Assembly: GCA_033763455.1 (NCBI GenBank)
Contig: JANRKO010000038.1
Span: 21,204 to 85,203 of the forward strand
Origin: Polyangiaceae bacterium
GTDB lineage: Bacteria; Myxococcota_A; Polyangia; Polyangiales; Polyangiaceae
Direction: 5' to 3'
Length of the DNA: 64,000 nt
The translations under genes and the position numbers were made by a program. The notes beneath the pieces are model-generated. The model was not told the DNA's origin. It made no database searches and saw nothing but the letters and a program-made list of their open reading frames with translations. Shown here piece by piece: positions 48,591 through 57,908 of the stretch. Position 1 is the stretch's first letter, and every line of letters starts with the position of its first letter.

Positions 48591-50378
48591 ATGCAACCAC
48601 TGAACGCACCCGGCAGAAGGTCAGCACTGCTCCCGAGCTATTGGTTCAACCTCCCTCTCTCGCTTGTGCTCCTGGCTTCGGGACTGGGTGGCTGCACGGC
48701 TGCCGTAGATAGCAACGGGCGGCCTCGAAACACCGGGACTGGACCTAATAGCCCGCCAATTGCAGCGGATCCGAACAACCCAAATCCTCAAGGCACCGGA
48801 GGCACAGGCCCCAGCCCAACTGCAACAACCACTGGGCCTCTGCCTCCTGGCGCCTGCGCGCCGGACGCTTCCCTAGCCAACGCACGCATCTGGCGCCTGA
48901 CGGATCCAGAGTATGTGAATGTAGTTCGTCAAGTGTTCGGCGTGAGCATCAATCCAGAGGTAAGCAGCGCTCAAAGCTCCGTTGAAAACTTGAACCTCGC
49001 CGATAGCGCGGGTGTAAACGCGGCCAACGCCACCAATTATCAGACCTCAGCGCGCATTGCTGCCGGGCAAATGGTTCAGAATCTGGCCTCGCTGATGCCC
49101 TGTGGCACAGCCACGCCTGACACCGCATGCGTGGAGCAATTCGTGCGCACCAGTGTGGCTCGCGCTTACCGGCGTCCTTTAGCTGACGCGGAAGTCACTG
49201 ACCTACTCGCGCTGTACACGCTCGGACTTGCCGATAGCCCGAGCGTGGGTGTGCGACTGATCCTCGAAACGGTACTCCAATCCGCCAATTTCGTGTGGCG
49301 AACCGAAATCGGAGAGGGCGCAACTTCTCCTGCCGTTGGCACAAAGGTAACGCTCACGCCCTTCGAAGTAGCCAGTGCCGTGAGTTTCTTCCTCCAGGGC
49401 TCTGCGCCTGACGACTCCCTTTGGGCGAAAGCTCAAGACGGCAGCTTGCTTACGGCCGGCGTGCTTTCCCAAGAGGTAGATCGGCTGCTCGCACAACCAG
49501 AAGTCAGAACGAACCTCACCGCAGATGCCGCGATATGGCTCGGCCTTGGTCGCCTCAAAGCGCGCCCCAAAGATGCCGCACTCTTTCCGGAGTTCACGCC
49601 CGCAGCAAGCGATGCCTTGCTGAAGAGTGGCGAGGCGTTCCTTGGGGAAACTATGTGGAACGGGCAGTTTACGGATTTTTTCAGCTCAAAGAAGATCTTT
49701 CTAAACCAGGAGCTTGCCGCGCTGTACGGCGTTCCAGGTGTCACTGGAAGCCAGCTCGTGCCGGTGGATGTCACGACAGCGGAGCGCAGCGCCGGCCTTC
49801 TTTCGCAACCCGCGGTGCTTGCCGCCCATGCATCCCCGAGCGAAAGCGACGTCGTGCATCGAGGCTTGTTCGTGTTCCGATCGCTGGTGTGTGGCGCGAC
49901 GATCCCAAAGCCTGCGGCCAATGCGGTGCGGGAAGCGCTCGCGGCATTGCCGGCTGACAGCACACAGAAGGAGTTTGCCAACTTCCGCGCCCAAAATCCT
50001 AGTTGCCAGGGCTGCCACTCGCAGTTCGACCCGTTCGGTTTGGCTCAGGAACGCTACGACGCGCTCGGTCGATTTCAGCAGACCGACGCCAAGGGCCAAC
50101 CCATTGATGACACTTCAACCATCATTAGCATGGGCCAAGGGATAGATGGTCCCGTCGCCGGAACAACCGAGCTTGCTGCGCGGCTGTCCACAGCACGACG
50201 CGTTGCGGACTGCGCTGTTACCAATCTCTCAACGATCGCGCTCGGCCAAGACACCAAGCAGGACATGAGCTGCGCTCTTCGCACCGTTCAGGATTCGTTT
50301 GCAACTTCCGGATCGTTTCCCGAGCTCTTTCGTTCCCTACTTGCGAGCCCCGGCTTCGCCACACGTGACGTGAAGTGA
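48591..50378 (+). CDS. DUF1592/DUF1588/DUF1595 family lipoprotein
   Basis: Motifs WRLTDPEY, RAYRRPL, LQS.NF..R.E, S.PDD.L, R.GLLSQ, VHRG, CQGCH and ERYDALGR. Confidence 0.88.
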   Translation: MQPLNAPGRRSALLPSYWFNLPLSLVLLASGLGGCTAAVDSNGRPRNTGTGPNSPPIAADPNNPNPQGTGGTGPSPTATTTGPLPPGACAPDASLANARIWRLTDPEYVNVVRQVFGVSINPEVSSAQSSVENLNLADSAGVNAANATNYQTSARIAAGQMVQNLASLMPCGTATPDTACVEQFVRTSVARAYRRPLADAEVTDLLALYTLGLADSPSVGVRLILETVLQSANFVWRTEIGEGATSPAVGTKVTLTPFEVASAVSFFLQGSAPDDSLWAKAQDGSLLTAGVLSQEVDRLLAQPEVRTNLTADAAIWLGLGRLKARPKDAALFPEFTPAASDALLKSGEAFLGETMWNGQFTDFFSSKKIFLNQELAALYGVPGVTGSQLVPVDVTTAERSAGLLSQPAVLAAHASPSESDVVHRGLFVFRSLVCGATIPKPAANAVREALAALPADSTQKEFANFRAQNPSCQGCHSQFDPFGLAQERYDALGRFQQTDAKGQPIDDTSTIISMGQGIDGPVAGTTELAARLSTARRVADCAVTNLSTIALGQDTKQDMSCALRTVQDSFATSGSFPELFRSLLASPGFATRDVK

Positions 50379-50388
50379 GGACCCCAAA

Positions 50389-51741
50389 ATGAATTCCCAT
50401 CGCTCCGATTTCAATCGACGAAGGTTCTTGCAATTCGCGGGGCTCAGTGTGCTCGGCACTTCTGTCTTGAGCTCGCTGATCGCACGTGCTCAGGCAGGAG
50501 CACCCAAGCGGCTATTGCTAGCTGCACGGCCCCATGGGTCCATCGCGACGGAGTTCTTTCCGCAGGGGGGGAGCGCCACAAGCTTTCAACTCCCCTCCAT
50601 CACCAGCCCATTTGAGCCCGTAAAATCAGAGATGCTGTTGTTCAACAACCTCACGAATCCGCGCCAGGAGGGTTGGGCGGGAGAACACGACGTGGGCATA
50701 TTCGCCATGACCACCGGTCGCGAAGGACAGTCCATCGGCGACGGCGCGGTAGGGACCGGGGTTTCCATTGATCAGCTGTTGGCTCAGTCGTCCCCCCTGC
50801 TCAACGGCACTCTCAAGCGTTCAGTTCAGCTCGCCGCAAGTCCCGAGTCAGGGCCGGGTGGAGCACGCCACGCTGGTCTGCGAGTGATTTCGTATGCTGG
50901 TGGCGGCATCACCGGAGCGATGGATCCAGAGACGCGTCCGGATGTGGCACTCACCAATCTATTCGCCGGTGTCTCGACGGGCGGCGCTTCGGGGAACGAT
51001 GCTGCACAAGCGCGTGCGCGCCAACTGAACCGCGCGGTGTTGGATCAGCTAGTGCTGGACGCCAGCCGCCTGAAGGCAAAAGTCCCAATTTCACAGCAAT
51101 CTAAGCTCGACGAGCAGCTCAGCGCTCTGGCAGATTTGACACGCCAGAATGACACTGTGGTAACTTCCACAGCAGGCTGCAGCACACCCACTTTGGCGCC
51201 TCTCCCAGGTGGGTCGGCGGAACATGCCGCCCAGTCGCGTGCAATGTTCCAACTCATCAAGGGGGCGTTCGTTTGTGACCTTACCCGAGTGGTGAGCTTT
51301 ACGTTTGCCCCCGAGCAATCCAGCATGTCGTTTAATGACATTATCCCGAACGAGGTCAAAAACCCGGACGGGCATCACGATATCTCGCACGCTTCGGACA
51401 CCGGCGAGCGCGGAGCCATCGACAAGTTTTACTGTTCTCTCTTCGCCGAGCTCTTGGTGGAAATGAAAAACACGCCCGACGGCGCCGGCACGAGCCTGCT
51501 CGACAACACGGTGGTCGCTTTCGTTACGGGCATCAACGATGGCAATGGCCATGGGATGGACAACATGCCAGTGGCGATGTTTGGCGGAAAATCCTTGGGC
51601 CTTGCTCAAGGAAAAATCGTCGACGCCGGGGGGCGTACCATGAATGACGTCTGGACGTCGGTATCTCAGGCCTTTGGTGTGTCTGGGAACTTCGGAGATC
51701 CCGCCCTCGTGAAAGGCCCCCTGAGCGGAGTGCTCGTCTGA
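50389..51741 (+). CDS. DUF1552 family Tat-exported protein
   Basis: Tat signal NRRRFL; motifs SIDQ, AFVCDLTRV, HHDISH and LLDNT. Confidence 0.88.
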   Translation: MNSHRSDFNRRRFLQFAGLSVLGTSVLSSLIARAQAGAPKRLLLAARPHGSIATEFFPQGGSATSFQLPSITSPFEPVKSEMLLFNNLTNPRQEGWAGEHDVGIFAMTTGREGQSIGDGAVGTGVSIDQLLAQSSPLLNGTLKRSVQLAASPESGPGGARHAGLRVISYAGGGITGAMDPETRPDVALTNLFAGVSTGGASGNDAAQARARQLNRAVLDQLVLDASRLKAKVPISQQSKLDEQLSALADLTRQNDTVVTSTAGCSTPTLAPLPGGSAEHAAQSRAMFQLIKGAFVCDLTRVVSFTFAPEQSSMSFNDIIPNEVKNPDGHHDISHASDTGERGAIDKFYCSLFAELLVEMKNTPDGAGTSLLDNTVVAFVTGINDGNGHGMDNMPVAMFGGKSLGLAQGKIVDAGGRTMNDVWTSVSQAFGVSGNFGDPALVKGPLSGVLV

Positions 51742-51804
51742 CGCTCGCGCCCGAGGCCAGGGTACGCTAAGCTAGCGCTCCGTCCTGGGCCTCCCGTAGT
51801 CCTA

Positions 51805-52698
51805 GTGCGACAGTTGATGGTAGTCCGAACCGATCGCATCAGGATCTGGAAGCAGACGCAGGGCAACATCGCCACGGCGCAGCACCCATTCGTACTGGGG
51901 TCGGATGTATTGGTTTCCCAGCCCGGGCAGCCGAGCGGAGCCGCCCACGCGCACATCCACGGCGGAATCGAGCTCGGCGCCGTGGTGGATGGTCCCGCTA
52001 TCCTTCACGCCAATGGCGCCGACTATGAGCTGGTAGCGGGCGACAGCTTTCTGGTCGATTCGTCTGTACCGCACCAGATGGGAGCCGTTTCGGGCACGAG
52101 CTTTCGCTACAATTACGCCCACCTTTCCTACGACGCAGTCTTGAGCATTCGCCCCGGGGAATGCGGTTTGGCACTCGCAAACAGGGTGCAGGGCGGAGTG
52201 CCGCTCTTCCTCAAAGGTGAGCCAACGGTGGGAGCACTTTTGGCGGAGGCCTTCCGGTTGCAGGAGGGGAAAAGCCCGTTCGATGCCGCCCTAGCGTGGT
52301 CGAAAACGGTGGAAGCTTTGGTGCTCGTAGCCCGAACCCGCACTCCTCCTGCGGCATCCAGCACTGGAGCAGCCGCAGGAAACGACGCTGTGTTTGCTGC
52401 AGTCGAGTTCATTCATCAGCACTATCGTGAATCGATCGGCGCCACCGAGATCGCAAAACACTGCTCGCTCAGCAGCTCACGGCTGACGCACCTTTTCTCG
52501 AAGAAAATGGGCTACAGCCCCGTTGAATATCGAAACAAGATCCGCATCGATCACGCCCTCGATGCCCTGCTTGGTTCTGCCGTTCCTGTGGAACGCATCG
52601 CTTCGGACGTTGGCTTTCAGAGCCTGGGCATTTTCTATCGAGTGTTCAAACAGGCCACAGGCAAAACGCCCAAGCAATTTCGCAGCGGAAAGAGCTGA
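51805..52698 (+). CDS. AraC family transcriptional regulator with a cupin N-terminal domain
   Basis: Cupin residues HAHIH..E..PH; HTH motif IASDVGFQSLGIFYRVFK..GKTP. Confidence 0.9.
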   Translation: MRQLMVVRTDRIRIWKQTQGNIATAQHPFVLGSDVLVSQPGQPSGAAHAHIHGGIELGAVVDGPAILHANGADYELVAGDSFLVDSSVPHQMGAVSGTSFRYNYAHLSYDAVLSIRPGECGLALANRVQGGVPLFLKGEPTVGALLAEAFRLQEGKSPFDAALAWSKTVEALVLVARTRTPPAASSTGAAAGNDAVFAAVEFIHQHYRESIGATEIAKHCSLSSSRLTHLFSKKMGYSPVEYRNKIRIDHALDALLGSAVPVERIASDVGFQSLGIFYRVFKQATGKTPKQFRSGKS

Positions 52699-52707
52699 AC
52701 GCGGCCT

Positions 52708-53781
52708 TCAGAACAACAATGCCCGACTGGCGTCGATGCGAGGCTTCACGATATCGCCCGGCTTCACCTCGCTACTTCCCGAGGTCACGGCATGCACTTC
52801 TTGCCCGGCCCACGTTAAGAGCACCGTGGTGGAGGCACCCACAAATTCAACTACTTTGATCACGGCTTCCGTGCTCCCCCCAAACAGGGCCACGTGCTCG
52901 GGGCGAAAGCCGAGCAAGCGCTCAGCGTTTTGACTCGGGTGCTCCCGCACTTGGCTGGCGTCAATGTCAGCGGCTCTGCAAAGCGGCGTTTGATCAGCAG
53001 CCACCCACGCATCCCCCATGAGCTTCACGCGAACGAGGTTCATTGCGGGCTGCCCCACCTGCAGAGCCACAAGCGGCGATAGTGGCTGTTCGTAGATGGC
53101 GCGCGGTGTTCCCGTTTGCAGCACCTTGCCGTAAGCGAGCACCACGATGCGATCCGCCATCGAAAGCGCTTCTGCCTGGTCGTGGGTCACGAACAACATG
53201 GGAATGGCAAGCTCGCGGCGTAACTCCAGCAATTCAACGCGCAAGCTCTCGCGCAATTTCGCGTCAAGGTTGGTGAGCGGTTCGTCCATGAGGAATAGCC
53301 GGGGACGCCGTACAATTGCCCGACCAATGGCCACACGCTGCATTTCCCCTCCAGAAAGCTTCGCTGCGGCGCGGCCAAGCAGGTGGGTGATTTTCAACAA
53401 CTCTGATACCGTTTCAATGCGTTGCCTGAGCTCCGACTCCGTTAGCCTTCGCCCCGGTGCACGTAACGGGAATTCCAAATTCTCGCGCACGGTCCAGCTT
53501 GGATAGAGCGAGAAGTTTTGGAACACGAGGGCGACGTCACGCTCGGCTGGTTCGAGCCGCGTCACGTCTTTGCCTGCCATCACGATCGATCCTTGATCCG
53601 GCTCCTCCAAGCCAGCGATCGTTCTTAACAAAGTAGTCTTGCCGGCACCCGTCGGGCCGAGAATCACCAAGAGCTCGTCGCTCCCGAGCTCAAGATCTAC
53701 AGCATCGAGAGCCTGTTGAGCGCCAAACCGTTTTGAGATCTGCCGAACGCTCAAAAAACAATCGCTACGAACTTCCGTCAT
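52708..53781 (-). CDS. Carbohydrate ABC transporter ATP-binding protein (MalK-like, second copy)
   Basis: Motifs GPTGAGKTT, LSGGEMQRVAIGRA and MDEPLTNLD. Confidence 0.92.
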   Translation of the reverse strand: MTEVRSDCFLSVRQISKRFGAQQALDAVDLELGSDELLVILGPTGAGKTTLLRTIAGLEEPDQGSIVMAGKDVTRLEPAERDVALVFQNFSLYPSWTVRENLEFPLRAPGRRLTESELRQRIETVSELLKITHLLGRAAAKLSGGEMQRVAIGRAIVRRPRLFLMDEPLTNLDAKLRESLRVELLELRRELAIPMLFVTHDQAEALSMADRIVVLAYGKVLQTGTPRAIYEQPLSPLVALQVGQPAMNLVRVKLMGDAWVAADQTPLCRAADIDASQVREHPSQNAERLLGFRPEHVALFGGSTEAVIKVVEFVGASTTVLLTWAGQEVHAVTSGSSEVKPGDIVKPRIDASRALLF

Positions 53782-53827
53782 AGACAAACCCAGCCCGTTC
53801 TCCAGCGTTTCCGCTAAGAGATCCAAC

Positions 53828-54988
53828 CTACTGCTTCAACTCCGGCAAATGCTGTAGCAAAAATTCGGCGAACGGGAGCACCAAGATATCCTCCATGAGC
53901 TGAGCTCTTTCACCTCGGAATACGATGAACGCACGCACCGGCTTGGTCGCGATGGCGCGGAAAGAACGGATTCCGCTCAGTTGCGTTGGGCGCACCGTTC
54001 TGCTCCATTTGCATTCGATGGCAAGCAGGTGCTTACCTGTGTCGATGATAAGGTCCACCTCAGCACCGGCATCTGTTCGGTAGAAGAATATTTTCCAAGG
54101 AAGCTTGTGAGCACGAATAAAATACGCGCATTGCAAGATAAACCAATGCTCAAATAGCTTGCCTTTTTCGGTCTCGGAGAGGGGCCCCGAAGAAATGCCC
54201 AGCAGCGCATTTCGGACGCCGATGTCGAAAAGAAGTATGCGTTCACGCTGGGGGACACGCCGATTGGCCGCCTCCTTGCCATACGGTTGAAGCCGAAATG
54301 CAAGGAGTGTGTCCTCAAGCAGCTGATAGTAGCGGCGTAGCGTTTCCTTTGGGATCTCTGTGTCGCTGGCCAGTTTAGAATAGTTGACCCAATCGCCACT
54401 GGCGAGCGCTGCCGCATCAAGAAAACGGGCGTACGCGCCAATGTTATGGATGACAGCTTCCGCCTGAATCTCTTCCCGCAAGTACACGGCGGCGTATGAC
54501 TCCAACACTTCTTGACCAGATTCGCGATCAAGGTAGATCCCCGGCAGGCAACCGACGTGCAAGCAGCGCTCAATATCAAATAGAACGCCCAACTCCCAAA
54601 TGGTAAGGGGATCCAAATGTTCGAGCACAATGCGCCCCGGCAAGAGGTTTGCGCCACCTCGCTTCAGCTTGCGCGCGCTCGATCCCGTCAAGATAAAGCG
54701 CGCGTTCAATCCCTCGTCCATCAGCGCCTGAACCGTGTTGAGCAAGGCGGGCACACGCTGGATCTCATCGAGCAGAATCAGCCGCGCTTGCTTGTTCGCC
54801 ATGAGCTCCCGCCGCAACCGATTAGGATCTTTTGCGTACTCAAGGTACCGGCCCTCGTCGGCGAGGTTGATCACCACGTCGGGAGATAGCGCTCGGGTCA
54901 AAGTGGACTTGCCCACCTGGCGCGCACCGAGCAAAAGTACGCTCTTTTTGGACGCTTTAACGCGTCCGCTCACCAGCCTGTCCAACAT
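53828..54988 (-). CDS. AAA_14/DUF4143 ATPase lying inside the sugar ABC operon
   Basis: Motifs GARQVGKST, LLDEIQ, TGSSARKL, FDIGV and EVDLI..IECK. Confidence 0.92.
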   Translation of the reverse strand: MLDRLVSGRVKASKKSVLLLGARQVGKSTLTRALSPDVVINLADEGRYLEYAKDPNRLRRELMANKQARLILLDEIQRVPALLNTVQALMDEGLNARFILTGSSARKLKRGGANLLPGRIVLEHLDPLTIWELGVLFDIERCLHVGCLPGIYLDRESGQEVLESYAAVYLREEIQAEAVIHNIGAYARFLDAAALASGDWVNYSKLASDTEIPKETLRRYYQLLEDTLLAFRLQPYGKEAANRRVPQRERILLFDIGVRNALLGISSGPLSETEKGKLFEHWFILQCAYFIRAHKLPWKIFFYRTDAGAEVDLIIDTGKHLLAIECKWSRTVRPTQLSGIRSFRAIATKPVRAFIVFRGERAQLMEDILVLPFAEFLLQHLPELKQ

Positions 54989-54991
54989 GTA

Positions 54992-55029
54992 GGCTATTTA
55001 CAACGTAAATGACCCACGAGTAAATAACC
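54992..55029. promoter_or_regulatory. Imperfect palindrome immediately upstream of the ATPase
   Basis: GGCTATTTAC-N18-GTAAATAACC (9/10), with an extra GTAAAT at 55005-55010. Confidence 0.5.
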
Positions 55030-55085
55030 CCAAAACGCTACGAAATTGGGCGGCCAACGGTTCGATCAGGATCACGAAGTCAACG

Positions 55086-56150
55086 TCATAGACGATCACC
55101 ACTCGTTGGATCGAAAAACACCACGTGGTCTGGGTCGAACGCCAGCCTGATCTGCCGGCCTTTTTCGTGTGTTTCCGCCCCCAGCTCTCGCAGAATGATT
55201 CGGCCTTGGCGGGTCTGAACATGAACATTGCGCGCGTGTCCTAAGTACTCATCGGTGACCACATTTCCCTCAATCGGGCCTTCTGGATGTTGGTGCACGT
55301 GTTCCGAACGCACGCCTAAGATAGCCTTCCCGGCTGGTAGTTGGGGCTGGATGGGAATGCGCGCGGAGCTTTGTTCCGGAGTAAAGTCCGCGGACGAGCC
55401 ATCGCGAGTGATCGTTCCAGGGATCAGATTCATACCCGGGCTACCCACGAACTTGGCTACAAACAAGTCTCGTGGATTTTTGTAAATCTCTCTTGGAGTA
55501 CCCACCTGGCGGATCAGACCGGCTTCCATCACCACGATGCGATCGGCGAGGCTCATGGCCTCCTCCTGATCGTGCGTTACGTAGAGGGTGGTCACCTTGA
55601 GCTCAAGCTGTCGAGCCCGAATGATCTCGCGCAGGCTCAGCCGCTGATCACTATCCAGAGTGCCGAGCGGCTCGTCCATCAGGTACAGCGCCGGCTGCCT
55701 CACCATTGCGCGCGCCAAGGAGACTTTCTGTTGATCGCCCCCTGATAGCTGGCGCGGATACTGCGCGAGCAGGCGCTCAATCCCCATTTGAGCCGCAACC
55801 GCGGCTAGGCGTTCGGCAATTTCTGCTTTCAGCATTCCCGCCGAATGCAAAGGGAATTCGACATTCTGTCGCACTGTAAGGTGGGGGTACAGCGCATAGA
55901 ACTGAAATACCATTCCGACATTGCGCGCAGACGGGCGCAGGTGCGTTACGTCGCGCGCGGCCAAGTGAATGCTTCCGCTACTTGCCACCTCAAGGCCCGC
56001 CACCATCCGCAACGTCGTGGTTTTGCCGCAGCCCGACGGGCCCAAGAGCACCACCAATTCACCTTGCGAGATGGTAAGGTCGATGCCCTTTACCGCGTGC
56101 GTGCCGCCAGCGTAAGTCTTCTGCAGCTGCTCCAGAACGAGGTAGCTCAC
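55086..56150 (-). CDS. Carbohydrate ABC transporter ATP-binding protein (MalK-like)
   Basis: Motifs GPSGCGKTT, LSGGDQQ, MDEPL and FVGSPGMN. Confidence 0.92.
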   Translation of the reverse strand: MSYLVLEQLQKTYAGGTHAVKGIDLTISQGELVVLLGPSGCGKTTTLRMVAGLEVASSGSIHLAARDVTHLRPSARNVGMVFQFYALYPHLTVRQNVEFPLHSAGMLKAEIAERLAAVAAQMGIERLLAQYPRQLSGGDQQKVSLARAMVRQPALYLMDEPLGTLDSDQRLSLREIIRARQLELKVTTLYVTHDQEEAMSLADRIVVMEAGLIRQVGTPREIYKNPRDLFVAKFVGSPGMNLIPGTITRDGSSADFTPEQSSARIPIQPQLPAGKAILGVRSEHVHQHPEGPIEGNVVTDEYLGHARNVHVQTRQGRIILRELGAETHEKGRQIRLAFDPDHVVFFDPTSGDRL

Positions 56151-56153
56151 GCC

Positions 56154-57014
56154 TTACCCTTTGACCGTACCAAAGGTGACTCCTCTTAACAGATGACGCC
56201 GCACAAGCACCGTGAACAGCACAATCGGAGCGACAAATACGACCATGCCAGCGCCGATCTGCGGCCAGGGAACGCCCTTGATATTGCCCTGAAGCCCAGC
56301 AAAATAAACAGGCACCGTCGTAGCTTCGTAGTTGTTCAGCGTCATTGCGAAGCCATATTCATTCCAAGCCGCGATCAAACAAAATACTGCGGTAACGGCC
56401 ATGCCCGTCGCAGCTTCGGGCAGTACCACCCTCCAGAATGTCTGCAGGCGCGAGTAACCATCCATCCACGCTGCCTCCTCAAAAGCGCGCGGAATATCGT
56501 CAATAAAGCCTTTCATCAGCCACACGGCGAGCGAAAGGTTAAAGCCCGTGTACAACACCACCAAGCCTAGGTGCGTGTTTTCGAGCCGCATCGAACGGTA
56601 CATCATCAGCACCGGCACGACGACGCCGAGTGGCGGCAAAAAGCGCGTAGAAAGGATGAAAAAGAGCCAGTCTTTCGAGCCCGGAATGCGGAAGCGCGAA
56701 AAACCATAGGCGCACAAGGTGCCGAGCACCACCGCGAGCAAGGTGGATACAACGCCAACAATCACGCTGTTGCCGAGGTACTGGTAGAAGTTGTTAGGCG
56801 TGCCGGCAACGGGCTGAGCGAGGCTTCGATACGCCTCGAACGAAGCTTGGAATCGCACACTGTTGGGGGCCGCAGCTTCAGCCGAAGGCACGAATTTCAC
56901 CGTATTGCTGATGCTGTCCTCGTAGCTTTTGAGCGAAGTAAGCCCCAACCAAAAAAGCGGAAAGGATGCCAAGAGGAAATACGGAACGAGCACCAGCACC
57001 CGAAGGAACTTCAC
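56154..57014 (-). CDS. Carbohydrate ABC transporter permease (MalG-like)
   Basis: EAA loop FEEAAWMDG; AWNEY. Confidence 0.9.
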   Translation of the reverse strand: MKFLRVLVLVPYFLLASFPLFWLGLTSLKSYEDSISNTVKFVPSAEAAAPNSVRFQASFEAYRSLAQPVAGTPNNFYQYLGNSVIVGVVSTLLAVVLGTLCAYGFSRFRIPGSKDWLFFILSTRFLPPLGVVVPVLMMYRSMRLENTHLGLVVLYTGFNLSLAVWLMKGFIDDIPRAFEEAAWMDGYSRLQTFWRVVLPEAATGMAVTAVFCLIAAWNEYGFAMTLNNYEATTVPVYFAGLQGNIKGVPWPQIGAGMVVFVAPIVLFTVLVRRHLLRGVTFGTVKG

Positions 57015-57901
57015 AATTGAGCTCCTTGTTGGCGCTTGATACGTTCGATGTGGCGAACAAAGATGGTTGCCCCGAGGATCACAGCCACAAGGATCACCAC
57101 CCCGTAAGCAGCCCCGAGCCCTACCTTGTAGTCACGAAAAACCACCTGATAGAGGCGTGCACTCAACGTCTGAGTGGTCATATCGTTGGGGCCGGTGATG
57201 GCCATCACCAGATCGAATTGCTTCAAGGCATCGGTCGCCCGCAGGAGCACGGCTAGACCCAAAAGCGGGGCGCACAGGGGCAACGTGATCGTACGAAACA
57301 CTCGCCATCGGCTTGCGCGATCGATCTCGGCCGCCTCGTAAATGTGCTTAGGAATAGCGTTCAACCCTGCCAGTGAGATCAACATCATGAAAGGTGTCCA
57401 CATCCAGATGTCCACCATTAAGATGGAGGTTAACTTGAGGTCGTCGTCAGTAAGCCACGCAGGCTCGGGCAACCCCACAGCGGCAAGCAGCTGATTGAGC
57501 GCCCCATACTGCCCGTTGAGGATTAAATTCCAAAACAACGACATTACGACGGGGCACAGCATCATCGGGATCAACAACACCGTCAGCACCAGGGGCTTGC
57601 CTGGCATGCGATCTCGCAACGCTAGTGCCAACACGAACCCCAAAACGAGCTCCGCCATTACGGAGCAAGCGACGAACAGCGCCGTTGTCGTGATGGCGTC
57701 CACGTAGCGGCTCTCGGTGAGCAGCCTGGTGTAATTCGCCATCCCCACCCCTTCGACCACCCCGCCCGAAAGATCTGTGTTGGTAAAGCTGAGATAGATG
57801 TTAAATAACAGGGGGAATACGTTGAGCGCAGTCAGCAGCACCAGCGCTGGCCCCACGAACCCCCACTTGAGGAGCGGAGATCTATCCGGACCCTGATGCA
57901 T
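57011..57901 (-). CDS. Carbohydrate ABC transporter permease (MalF-like)
   Basis: Motifs DIWMWTPF, YEAAEIDRA and FDLV. Confidence 0.9.
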   Translation of the reverse strand: MHQGPDRSPLLKWGFVGPALVLLTALNVFPLLFNIYLSFTNTDLSGGVVEGVGMANYTRLLTESRYVDAITTTALFVACSVMAELVLGFVLALALRDRMPGKPLVLTVLLIPMMLCPVVMSLFWNLILNGQYGALNQLLAAVGLPEPAWLTDDDLKLTSILMVDIWMWTPFMMLISLAGLNAIPKHIYEAAEIDRASRWRVFRTITLPLCAPLLGLAVLLRATDALKQFDLVMAITGPNDMTTQTLSARLYQVVFRDYKVGLGAAYGVVILVAVILGATIFVRHIERIKRQQGAQL

Positions 57902-57908
57902 GCGCCCG

